48,413 bases of DNA from the NCBI GenBank assembly GCA_964247465.1, contig CAXTUT010000001.1, positions 1-48,413 on the forward strand. Reading direction: 5' to 3'. This stretch comes from an uncultured Caulobacteraceae bacterium. GTDB lineage: Bacteria > Pseudomonadota > Alphaproteobacteria > Caulobacterales > Caulobacteraceae. The notes under the pieces are model-generated. The model searched no databases. It was given only the letters and a program-made list of their open reading frames with translations, and was not told the DNA's origin. Position 1 is the first letter of the stretch. Every line of letters starts with the position of its first letter. The position numbers and the translations under genes were made by a program. Shown here piece by piece: positions 36,693 to 47,138 of the stretch.

Positions 36693-38084
36693 TCATGCCG
36701 CCGCTGCGGTCTGCGGCAGGCCGTGCAGCGCGCGCACGAAGGTGTCGCGCCAAGCCGTGGCGTCGTCGGTTCGCACGCCATGCGCCAACGCCTCCCATCG
36801 GCGGATACGCTCCGGCTTCGGCATGGCGATGGCTCGAGCCACAGCGTCGGCGACATCCTCGCGCGAATACGGATTGACGATCAGGGCGTCGCTCATCTGC
36901 AGGGCGGCGCCGGCGAAGCGGGACAGCACCAGCACGCCCGGATCGTCCGGCTTCTGCGCGGCGACATACTCCTTGGCGACCAGGTTCATGCCGTCGCGAA
37001 GCGGCGTCACCAGCCCGACCTTCGCCGCGCGGTACAAGCCCGCAAGCGCGTCACGGCCGTAGGAGCGGTTGACGTAGCGGATCGGCGTCCAGTCCACCGT
37101 TGCATACGCCGCGTTGATGCGCCCGGAGACCGCGTCCAGCCGCGCCCTGATGTCCTGGTAGGCCTCCACGTCGCCCCGGCTGGTCTGGGCGATCTGGAGC
37201 AGGAAGACGTTCTCGATCAGCTCAGGATGGCTCTCCAGCAGCTGCTCGACGGCCAGGAAACGCTCCTCCAGGCCCTTGGAGTAGTCGATCCGGTCGACCC
37301 CGATCATCATCGCGCGGAACACGCCGGTGGCCGCCGCCCGGTCATAGGCCTGCAAGGCCGCCGGCGACGCGACGATCTCGGAGAAATTCTGCGCGTCGAT
37401 GCCGATGGGGAAGGCCGCGGCGCGAACCGTTCGGCCGAACGCGCTCACGCAGCCGTCCGGCAGCACCTCGCCCTGCGCCTCGTCGACCACGTAGCCATGG
37501 AAGGCGCCCAGCCAGTCCTCGGTCTGGAAGCCGATCAGGTCGTAGTCGAACAGCGACTCCACCAGCTCCCGGTGCTTGGGCAGGGTGGTCAGCAGCTCGC
37601 ACGCCGGCCAGGGGATGTGCAGGAAAAAGCCGATGCGGTTCCTGCAGCCCATGCGCCGCAGCTCCCGCGCCAGCGGGATCAGATGGTAGTCGTGCACCCA
37701 GATCACATCGTCCGGTCGGATCAGCGGCCTCACCGCCTCGGCGAAACGGGCGTTCACCCGCGCATAGCCCTCGCCGAACGCGCGCTCATAGTGGGTGAGG
37801 TCGTTGCGGTAATGGAACAGCGGCCACAGCACGGTGTTGGCGTAGCCGTTGTAGTATTCCTGGACGTCCTGCTCCTCCAGGTCCAGCGTGGCCACCGTCA
37901 CGCCGTCGGTCTGCTTCAGGTGCGGCTCGCCGGTGAAGGTCTCGATGGTTTCGCCGCTCCAGCCGAACCAGACGCCCTCGTAGCGCGTCAGCGCCGCCGC
38001 CAGCGCCATGGTCAGGCCGCCGACCGATGCGCCCCCGCGCTCCGGCATGGCCACCCGGTTGGAGATGACGACGAGCCGCGCCAC
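36693..38084 (-). CDS. otsA: Trehalose-6-phosphate synthase
   Basis: RLVVISNRV, WFGWSG, WVHDYHL, GFFLHIPWP, GVDRIDYSKG, DGMNLVAKEY. Confidence 0.97.
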   Translation of the reverse strand: MARLVVISNRVAMPERGGASVGGLTMALAAALTRYEGVWFGWSGETIETFTGEPHLKQTDGVTVATLDLEEQDVQEYYNGYANTVLWPLFHYRNDLTHYERAFGEGYARVNARFAEAVRPLIRPDDVIWVHDYHLIPLARELRRMGCRNRIGFFLHIPWPACELLTTLPKHRELVESLFDYDLIGFQTEDWLGAFHGYVVDEAQGEVLPDGCVSAFGRTVRAAAFPIGIDAQNFSEIVASPAALQAYDRAAATGVFRAMMIGVDRIDYSKGLEERFLAVEQLLESHPELIENVFLLQIAQTSRGDVEAYQDIRARLDAVSGRINAAYATVDWTPIRYVNRSYGRDALAGLYRAAKVGLVTPLRDGMNLVAKEYVAAQKPDDPGVLVLSRFAGAALQMSDALIVNPYSREDVADAVARAIAMPKPERIRRWEALAHGVRTDDATAWRDTFVRALHGLPQTAAAA

Positions 38085-38087
38085 GGT

Positions 38088-38843
38088 CTAGATCGCGCGC
38101 GCCTGAGACGCGGGCGCTACGAACGCCTCCAGCCAGCCCAGCACCGCCGCCACGTTGTCCAGCCGGAAACTCGCGGCCGTCTCTCGTTGCGGGCCGACCA
38201 GCACACCGCAACCCCCAAGTTCGCGGGCGGCTTCGAAAGCCGACTCGTCGGTGAGGTCGTCGCCGACGAAGACGGGCTCCGCGCCCTTGAAAGGCGGTTC
38301 GGCCATGAAGGTCTTCAGGGCGTCGCCCTTGTTGCGCCCCGGCGTTCTGACCTCGGCCATCATGTCTCCCTTCTGTAGCGCCAAGCCCGTCTCGTCCACC
38401 ATCCTCCTCGCCACGGCATTGGCCAAGCCTGCGAGTTCGGGCGCGGTGCGGTAGTGCAGCACCAGGCCCAGCCCCTTGTCCTCGAGCAGCAGGGTGGGAT
38501 GGGCGTGAACCAGGGCGGTGAACTCAGCCCGCGCTCGCGCCAGCTCGGGATGCGGCGGCGAGGTCTCCAACCGCCCCTTCGCATCGCGGTGCTCCAGCCC
38601 GTGCACGCCGGAAGCGGCGATCACCGCGCCGGCGGTGATCCTGTCCATGTCCGCCAGAGCGCGACCGCTGATGACGGCCACCCGCTCGTCAAGCCGCCGC
38701 CGTAGCCCATGCAGCAGCGCGGTTAGCCGAGGCGTGGGGCCGACCTCGTCCGGGCGGCGCTTGAACTCCGCCAGGGTGCCGTCGATGTCGAGAAAAAGCG
38801 CCGTCCGGCTCGAATCAGGCTGAGGCGGCGATGGCAGGCTCAT
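38088..38843 (-). CDS. otsB: Trehalose-6-phosphate phosphatase
   Basis: ALFLDIDGTL, ISGR, HGLE, NKGDAL, FVGDDLTDE; start re-called to ATG 38843 because the upstream part of the 679-aa ORF is a shadow frame of clpB. Confidence 0.94.
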   Translation of the reverse strand: MSLPSPPQPDSSRTALFLDIDGTLAEFKRRPDEVGPTPRLTALLHGLRRRLDERVAVISGRALADMDRITAGAVIAASGVHGLEHRDAKGRLETSPPHPELARARAEFTALVHAHPTLLLEDKGLGLVLHYRTAPELAGLANAVARRMVDETGLALQKGDMMAEVRTPGRNKGDALKTFMAEPPFKGAEPVFVGDDLTDESAFEAARELGGCGVLVGPQRETAASFRLDNVAAVLGWLEAFVAPASQARAI

Positions 38844-38848
38844 CACGC

Positions 38849-38874
38849 AATGACCTACACCGGGGGTTCGTTCG
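38849..38874 (-). promoter_or_regulatory. Possible EcfG/SigT-type promoter of otsB (near-leaderless)
   Basis: Minus strand CGAAC-N17-CATT with 5 nt between it and the ATG; two mismatches to consensus. Confidence 0.45.
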
Positions 38875-38923
38875 GACAAGCGCTCAATCGAGCGACTTGA
38901 ACTATCGACCCGGTAGTCCTCCA

Positions 38924-41524
<2,601 letters not shown>

Positions 41525-41588
41525 TCACGTCCCCTTGCGGCGGATAGTCAGCCAGCGCCTTCTAAGAAGCACGCCAACGGCAGGGGGG

Positions 41589-41617
41589 ATGTGGTTGTGG
41601 CGGATGGGTCACACAAG
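41589..41617 (-). promoter_or_regulatory. Possible RpoH (sigma32) promoter of clpB
   Basis: Minus strand CTTG-N19-CCACAT about 65 nt upstream of the ATG; resembles alphaproteobacterial heat-shock promoters. Confidence 0.4.
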
Positions 41618-41681
41618 GTCGAAGTGACGGCTCGGTTAGTCATCCACGCGAAATAGGTTCCTGCTTTATCTCCCGTGTTCC

Positions 41682-41951
41682 TTACCTCCTTCTCGTTCCC
41701 TTGGGCCACAGCGATAGCAGCAGTGCTCCAAGCGCCTCCAAGCCAGCCGAGGCGGCGTATCCCACACCTTGCATAAAATGCTCCGCTTCGCGCTTCTCGG
41801 CGCTCCATTCCGGCTTTTGGGGCGTCTGCGCCCGGTTCGAGTATCTCCCGAACGTCATCCCGTAGCACGATGGCTCACCGTATTCATTGTGATCCAGGTC
41901 CCAGGTTTCGTCCGGGCTTGGGATTAGTCGTTCACAATCCAAATGGGTCAT
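41682..41951 (-). CDS. Small hypothetical protein coupled to the DUF429 gene
   Basis: ATG 41951 overlaps the upstream TGA (ATGA); 89 aa, acidic N-terminus, hydrophobic then basic C-terminus. Confidence 0.45.
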   Translation of the reverse strand: MTHLDCERLIPSPDETWDLDHNEYGEPSCYGMTFGRYSNRAQTPQKPEWSAEKREAEHFMQGVGYAASAGLEALGALLLSLWPKGTRRR

Positions 41952-42880
41952 GTAGCCTGTCCTAAAATCCATCCCTCCCACTCGGGAGAGTCGGTCCTCC
42001 CGGGAATAGCTGCTCTGCGCCCCTCGACGACCTCAATCATGCCAAACAGACCTATGGCGGCGTCGAACGGGTCTTCGCCATCCTTCCTAGGACCAAAGCC
42101 GTTGGCAATCGCATCTGCCATATCGGCTGCAAGGCGAACGCCGTGCACCTCGCAACGTGAAGCGAGACTTGCGGTGGCGTGACGCCGATCATCTTGCCGT
42201 TGTTTGCCACCTCCCGGGCGGAAGTGAACTCCGACGTGACCGTAGGCCTCGGTTGGGTAAGTCTCGCAGACGACCAACTTGCCCTCGGCAGCCAGAGAAG
42301 AAAGCTCACCTTCAAAAGGCCAGAGTAGAGCGCCTGCCTGACGTGCAGGCTGCACGACCTCGCGCCAGCCTGAGATGGCTGCCTTACCGACTTGGTTTCC
42401 CCCAAGAGTCCAGAACAAGGCGCAGGCTGCTCTTCGGTCGCTGGTTGCCCTCTCACACTGCCGCCGCAGCATATTGATATCCGCCGCATTAAGGGCGGTC
42501 AGAAGGTGCGTTTGCCGGGCTGCGGACGAAGACACTCGAGGATAAAAGGGGCGGGTTTGCGAAATGTCTTCTGCTGTTTCCGCTACCTCATAGAAGCGAG
42601 ACCACGCTCCAGAACCGAATTTCTCAATCGCTTCGCTAAAGCTCTCGAACTCTGTCTTTCGTCCGAATGCTTCCGGCAAACCTATAGGAAAGTCGAAGCC
42701 GGCGAGTGTGGGTTGAGGCTCCTGAAGTAGATCGTGCACGAAGCGGTCTACTGATCCAACAAGTCGTGGCGCTTCCACCAGCCAGCCGCTAGCGTCCCTG
42801 TTCGCCTGAACAGCCCATCGCTTTGCCGCCGTCGTGCTCCAGTCCGCATGAACGAGCCGGGCGAATGAAGATCGGGCCAT
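41948..42880 (-). CDS. DUF429-like predicted nuclease (RNase H-like fold)
   Basis: HADWS, GFDFPIGLP, CETYP, DPFDA acidic motifs; GGAG RBS; lower GC than flanks. Confidence 0.75.
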   Translation of the reverse strand: MARSSFARLVHADWSTTAAKRWAVQANRDASGWLVEAPRLVGSVDRFVHDLLQEPQPTLAGFDFPIGLPEAFGRKTEFESFSEAIEKFGSGAWSRFYEVAETAEDISQTRPFYPRVSSSAARQTHLLTALNAADINMLRRQCERATSDRRAACALFWTLGGNQVGKAAISGWREVVQPARQAGALLWPFEGELSSLAAEGKLVVCETYPTEAYGHVGVHFRPGGGKQRQDDRRHATASLASRCEVHGVRLAADMADAIANGFGPRKDGEDPFDAAIGLFGMIEVVEGRRAAIPGRTDSPEWEGWILGQAT

Positions 42881-42981
42881 GTTCTCTCCGGGTCCACAAG
42901 AAAAGCTAGAACCTGAAGGGCGTCAGAGTCTCGTTAAAACCGAGCGCGATGAGCGTTATACGTCCGAATATGACGTAGACG

Positions 42982-43698
42982 CTACCCAAACGCCTCCGCG
43001 AGAAAGGCCGCCATCTGCGCCCACGACCGGCGGTCGGCGTTGGCGTCGTAGCGGGCGAACTCGGGGCGACCCAGGCGGCCGCAGTCCGGGTCGGTGAAGC
43101 TATGCACTACGCCGCCGTAGACCGTCACCGTGTAGTCCACCTTGGCCTCGCCCAGCATCTTGGCGAAGGCGTTGCGCGCCTCGGGCGGGATGGAGGGGTC
43201 GTCGGCGCCCACCATGGTCAGCACCTTGCCCTTGATCGCGCCCGCATCGCCTGGCGAGGTCACCGCCAGCCCGCTGTGGAAGCCGATCGCAGCACGCAGG
43301 TCCGCGCCCGAGAGCGCCAGCTCATAAGCCATGGTGCCGCCGAAGCAGAAGCCGATGGCGGCGAGCCTTGCGGCATCGACCTCCGGCCGCCCGGTCAGCC
43401 GCTTCAGCGGTTCAAGCGTGCGGGCGCGCACCTTGTCGGCATGTTCGCGGAGCGGCTGCATCAGCTCGCCGATCCGGCTCATGTCGGCGCCCTGCGCCCC
43501 GCCCCAAAGGTCGCACTCCAGCGCGACGTAGCCCAGCGCCGCGATCTGCTCCGCCTTGGCCCGCGAGTGGGCGCCGGGGCCGAAGGCGTGCGGGAACACC
43601 AGCACGCCCGGGCGTGGCGTGGAGACGTCGTCGGGCAGGACCAGCGTACCGACCATGTCGAGCCCGTCAGCCTGGTAGTTCAGCGTCTCGGTTTTCAT
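42982..43698 (-). CDS. Dienelactone hydrolase family protein
   Basis: GFCFGG nucleophile motif, FHSGL, GADDP, YGGVVHSFT. Confidence 0.92.
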   Translation of the reverse strand: MKTETLNYQADGLDMVGTLVLPDDVSTPRPGVLVFPHAFGPGAHSRAKAEQIAALGYVALECDLWGGAQGADMSRIGELMQPLREHADKVRARTLEPLKRLTGRPEVDAARLAAIGFCFGGTMAYELALSGADLRAAIGFHSGLAVTSPGDAGAIKGKVLTMVGADDPSIPPEARNAFAKMLGEAKVDYTVTVYGGVVHSFTDPDCGRLGRPEFARYDANADRRSWAQMAAFLAEAFG

Positions 43699-43768
43699 GT
43701 TGGGGCTCTCCGGGTGGCGTGTGGCTCTGGCTTATAGCGCGGGCATAGTAGCGGTTTCACCGTCCCCT

Positions 43769-43882
43769 CGTCATCCTCAAGCTCGTCCCAAGGATCAAGG
43801 CCGGCTTCTTGCGCAACGCCCTGCGACGCGTAGGCGTCAGGCAGTTGAACGCTTGATCCTCGGGACGAGCCCGAGGATGACG
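43769..43882. repeat. Palindromic intergenic repeat (REP/RPE-like element)
   Basis: 31-bp inverted arms 43769-43799 and 43852-43882 match at 28/31; the right arm is itself a hairpin ATCCTCGGG-ACGAG-CCCGAGGAT. Confidence 0.85.
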
Positions 43883-43919
43883 GAGTGAAGACAGCCGCGT
43901 TGCGGCGACCGACCCCTGA

Positions 43920-45494
43920 TCACGCGCTCATCGCCTCCGGCTCGCGCCGCTCGCGCTTCACCAGCAGCTTGTTCAGGGCGTGCACATAGGCCAGGGCCGC
44001 CGACACCACCGTGTCCGTGTCCGCCCCCTGCCCGTCCACCAGCCGTCCGTTCTCCTGGAGGCGCACGGTGCAGCGGGCCTGGGCGTCGGTCTCCGGCGTC
44101 ACCGCGCCGATGGAGAACAAGGCGAGCGTCGCCTCGTGCGGGAACAGCTCGCGGATGGCGTGGAAGGCGGCGTCCACCGGGCCGTCCCCTTGCGCCTGGG
44201 CCGATTGGCGCGCGCCGTCGATGCTCAGCACCAGATCTGCGGTCGACGGGCCCTTGGAGCCGGAGCGCACCTCCAGCTCCTCGAAGCGGATGCGCTCGTG
44301 GTCGCGCACCACGGTCTCGTCGATCAGGGCGATGATGTCATCCTCGAACACCGTCTTCTTGCGGTCGGCCAGGTCCTTGAAGCGGCGGAAGGCCTCGTTT
44401 AGCCGGTTGTCGCCGATCTCGCCGTAGCCGAGCTGCACCAGCTTGTCGCGGAAGGCGGCGCGACCGGAGTGCTTGCCCAGCACCAAGTTGGACTTGGTCC
44501 AGCCGACGCTGTCCGGCGTCATGATCTCGTAGGTGGCGGCGTTCTTCAGCATGCCGTCCTGGTGGATGCCGCTCTCGTGGGCGAAGGCGTTCCGGCCCAC
44601 GATCGCCTTGTTCGGCTGCACGTCGAAGCCGGTGATGGTGGAGAGCAGCCGCGAGGTCTTCAGGATTTTCGTCGTGTCGATGTAGTGGACGTAGGGGTTG
44701 GCGTCCGGGCGCGTGCGGATGGCCATCACCACCTCCTCGATGGAGGCGTTGCCGGCGCGCTCGCCAATACCGTTGATCGCGCCCTCCACCTGGCGCGCGC
44801 CGCCGTCGAAGGCGGCCAGCGTGTTGGCCACCCCCAACCCCAGATCGTTGTGGTTGTGCGCCGAGAGCACCACCGCGTCCGCTCCGGGCACCCGCTCGCG
44901 CACGGTGGAGAAGATGCGCTTCAGGTCGGCCGGCACGGCGTAGCCCACCGTGTCGGGGATGTTGATGGTGGTGGCGCCGGCGGCGATGGCGGCCTCCACC
45001 GCGCGACACAGGAAGTCGATGTCGGTGCGGGTGCCGTCCTCGGCCGACCACTCCACGTCCTCCGCATGGTTGCGGGCCAGGGTGACCGAGGCGGTGATCG
45101 CCTCCAGCACCGCCTCCGGCTCCATGCGCAGCTTGAACTTCATGTGCAGCGGGCTGGTGGAGATGAAGGTGTGGATGCGCCGGCGCTCCGCACCGCGCAG
45201 CGCCTCGGCCGCACGGACGATGTCGCCGGGCGAGGAGCGCGCCAGGCCGCAGATCACCGGGCCGCGGACGCTCTCGGCGATCATGCGGACGGCGGCGAAG
45301 TCGTCGTTGGAGGCGATGGGGAAGCCCGCCTCGATCACGTCCACGCCGAGTTCCGCCAGGGCCTCGGCCATGCGGACCTTCTCGCTGAGCGTCATGGAGA
45401 AGCCCGGCGACTGCTCGCCGTCGCGAAGCGTGGTGTCGAAGATGATGACGCGGTCGTCGGGCATGGCGCCGAAATTGGGATGGGTGATGGTCAT
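43920..45494 (-). CDS. leuA: 2-isopropylmalate synthase
   Basis: IFDTTLRDGEQSPG, HNHNDLG, GIGERAGNA, FAHESGIHQDG, C-terminal regulatory domain GDGPVDA; start re-called to ATG 45494. Confidence 0.96.
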   Translation of the reverse strand: MTITHPNFGAMPDDRVIIFDTTLRDGEQSPGFSMTLSEKVRMAEALAELGVDVIEAGFPIASNDDFAAVRMIAESVRGPVICGLARSSPGDIVRAAEALRGAERRRIHTFISTSPLHMKFKLRMEPEAVLEAITASVTLARNHAEDVEWSAEDGTRTDIDFLCRAVEAAIAAGATTINIPDTVGYAVPADLKRIFSTVRERVPGADAVVLSAHNHNDLGLGVANTLAAFDGGARQVEGAINGIGERAGNASIEEVVMAIRTRPDANPYVHYIDTTKILKTSRLLSTITGFDVQPNKAIVGRNAFAHESGIHQDGMLKNAATYEIMTPDSVGWTKSNLVLGKHSGRAAFRDKLVQLGYGEIGDNRLNEAFRRFKDLADRKKTVFEDDIIALIDETVVRDHERIRFEELEVRSGSKGPSTADLVLSIDGARQSAQAQGDGPVDAAFHAIRELFPHEATLALFSIGAVTPETDAQARCTVRLQENGRLVDGQGADTDTVVSAALAYVHALNKLLVKRERREPEAMSA

Positions 45495-45554
45495 GGTGTC
45501 GCCTGGACTGGTGTGGCCGCTTCGCTGGGCGCCGCTCGCCTGAGCGGCCGTCAT

Positions 45555-45601
45555 CCCCTGAGCGCTGGAACGCCTTGGGGCGTCCGGCGCGCGCTCAGGG
45601 G
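45555..45601 (-). promoter_or_regulatory. RNA hairpin in the leuA leader
   Basis: Perfect 11-bp inverted repeat CCCCTGAGCGC / GCGCTCAGGGG with inner helix ACGCC/GGCGT; one arm overlaps the leader peptide stop. Confidence 0.75.
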
Positions 45602-45693
45602 CGGGTAAGTCGAAGGAGGCCGGGCACCGCACGCGCGCCGTCGCTGCGCAGGACACGCAGGCTCACGTTCGCTTCGGGCTCGAAGGCGGTCAT
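45595..45693 (-). CDS. Putative leuA leader peptide (32 aa)
   Basis: MTAFEPEANVSLRVLRSDGARAVPGLLRLTRP*; Leu cluster CTC CTT CGA CTT just before the hairpin; GGAGG 4 nt upstream of the ATG. Confidence 0.7.
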   Translation of the reverse strand: MTAFEPEANVSLRVLRSDGARAVPGLLRLTRP

Positions 45694-45821
45694 GCGGCCT
45701 CCATGCCGGACATCGGCCCGCAAGGCAAGCCGCTACAGCCGGGATCAGCAAGATCATACCCTCAGAAGCCAGCCTACGCCTCCTTGCGGCATGTATGTTG
45801 CGCAAAACACCTCCGTCCGCG

Positions 45822-45850
45822 TTGCCTGACGCTAGTGGGCGTGCTTAAGA
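45822..45850 (+). promoter_or_regulatory. Putative sigma70-type promoter of the ilvE-leuC leader
   Basis: TTGCCT-N17-TTAAGA ending 23 nt before the leader ATG. Confidence 0.5.
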
Positions 45851-45872
45851 GACCTCGTCTCCTGGATCCGCC

Positions 45873-45983
45873 ATGACCCGTCTCGCCCGACTTAGCAGCC
45901 CCTCACGCCTCGGCCTCGCCAGCCGGGCGCGAGTAGCCGCGCCCGTTCCGGTGACGGGAAGCAGGACGTCCGCCACGAGCTGA
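45873..45983 (+). CDS. Putative ilvE-leuC leader peptide (36 aa)
   Basis: MTRLARLSSPSRLGLASRARVAAPVPVTGSRTSATS*; 4 Leu and 3 Val codons; ends 27 nt before a terminator. Confidence 0.55.
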   Translation: MTRLARLSSPSRLGLASRARVAAPVPVTGSRTSATS

Positions 45984-46009
45984 GACCCGGGTCGCAAGCT
46001 CACCCGGAC

Positions 46010-46045
46010 AGCCCGCTCCCGGACCCCGGCGGCGGGCTTTTTCTT
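46010..46045 (+). terminator. Intrinsic terminator (attenuator) upstream of ilvE
   Basis: AGCCCGC...GCGGGCT stem with inner CCGG/CCGG, followed by TTTTTCTT, on the same strand as and upstream of ilvE. Confidence 0.75.
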
Positions 46046-46118
46046 GACCTGCGCCGCTCCCGGCGGAAAAGCCTCAGCTCCAGACACGCGGCCGACGCCG
46101 CCCGATCCCAGGCGAACC

Positions 46119-47108
46119 ATGAACCCACCGATGAAGCCCCTGGCCGAACACATCTGGATGAACGGCGAGGTCAAGCCCTGGGCCGAGTGCCAGGTGCACG
46201 TGCTGAGCCACGCCCTGCACTATGGGACCTCGGTGTTCGAGGGCATCCGGGTCTACGACACGCCCAAGGGCCCGGCGGTGTTCCGCCTGACCGACCACAT
46301 CCGCCGCTTCTTCGACAGCGCGCGCATCTACGGCTTCCAGCCGCCGTACGGCGAAGCGGAGATCATCGCCGCCTGCAAGGCGATCACGGCGAAGAACGGG
46401 CTGAAGAGCGCCTACATCCGTCCGGTGGCCTTCCTCGGCGAGTGCGGCATGGGCGTGATCCCCAAGTCTGGCAACGCGCCCGTGGACGTGGCCATCGCCG
46501 CCTTTCCCTGGGGCGCGTACCTGGGCGAGGAAGGCCTGGAGATGGGCGTGGACGTCTGCGTCTCCTCCTGGGCGCGCCTGGCGCCCAACACCGTGCCGGC
46601 CGCCGCCAAGGCCGGCGGCAACTACCTGTCCAGCTACCTCATCGGGCGCGAGGCGCGGGACCGCGGCTTCGCGGAGGGGATCGGGCTCGGCACGGACGGG
46701 CGGTTGTCCGAAGGCGCGGGCGAGAACCTGTTCATCATCAAGGACGGCCGGCTGATGACGCCGCCGGCCGCCTCCTCGATCCTGCAGGGCATCACCCGCG
46801 ACACCCTCCTGCGCCTGGCGGAGCAGGAGGGCCTGTCGGTGGCGGAGCAGGCGTTGCCGCGGGAGGCGCTCTACCTCGCCGACGAGCTGTTCATGACCGG
46901 CACCGCCGCCGAGATCACGCCCATCCGCTCGGTGGACGGGATCGTGGTCCGCTGCGGCGGCCGCGGGCCGATCACCCAGCGGATGCAGCAGCTGTTCCAC
47001 GGCCTGTTCCAAGGTCAGACCAACGACCGCTGGGGCTGGCTTGAATATGTAGGCGCAGAGGGCAGCGCGGCGCCCGCGACGGCGACGGAAACCGTGCTGG
47101 CGGACTAG
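46119..47108 (+). CDS. ilvE: Branched-chain amino acid aminotransferase
   Basis: HALHYGTSVFEGIR, AKAGGNYLSS, EGAGENLF, ILQGITRD, GTAAEITP; start 46119 or 46131. Confidence 0.96.
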   Translation: MNPPMKPLAEHIWMNGEVKPWAECQVHVLSHALHYGTSVFEGIRVYDTPKGPAVFRLTDHIRRFFDSARIYGFQPPYGEAEIIAACKAITAKNGLKSAYIRPVAFLGECGMGVIPKSGNAPVDVAIAAFPWGAYLGEEGLEMGVDVCVSSWARLAPNTVPAAAKAGGNYLSSYLIGREARDRGFAEGIGLGTDGRLSEGAGENLFIIKDGRLMTPPAASSILQGITRDTLLRLAEQEGLSVAEQALPREALYLADELFMTGTAAEITPIRSVDGIVVRCGGRGPITQRMQQLFHGLFQGQTNDRWGWLEYVGAEGSAAPATATETVLAD

Positions 47109-47138
47109 CTGCCGGTTGAAGAGGGTAAGGATAAGCGG

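Noticed and set aside
42951-42978. Second weak dif-like motif beside the DUF429 gene
   Set aside because: Arms match poorly; better explained as a -10 element (TATAAC) for the DUF429 gene.
45841-45876. Alternative leader GTG-LKRPRLLDPP with tandem Leu codons
   Set aside because: Its start lies at the predicted -10 element, so it would not be transcribed from that promoter.
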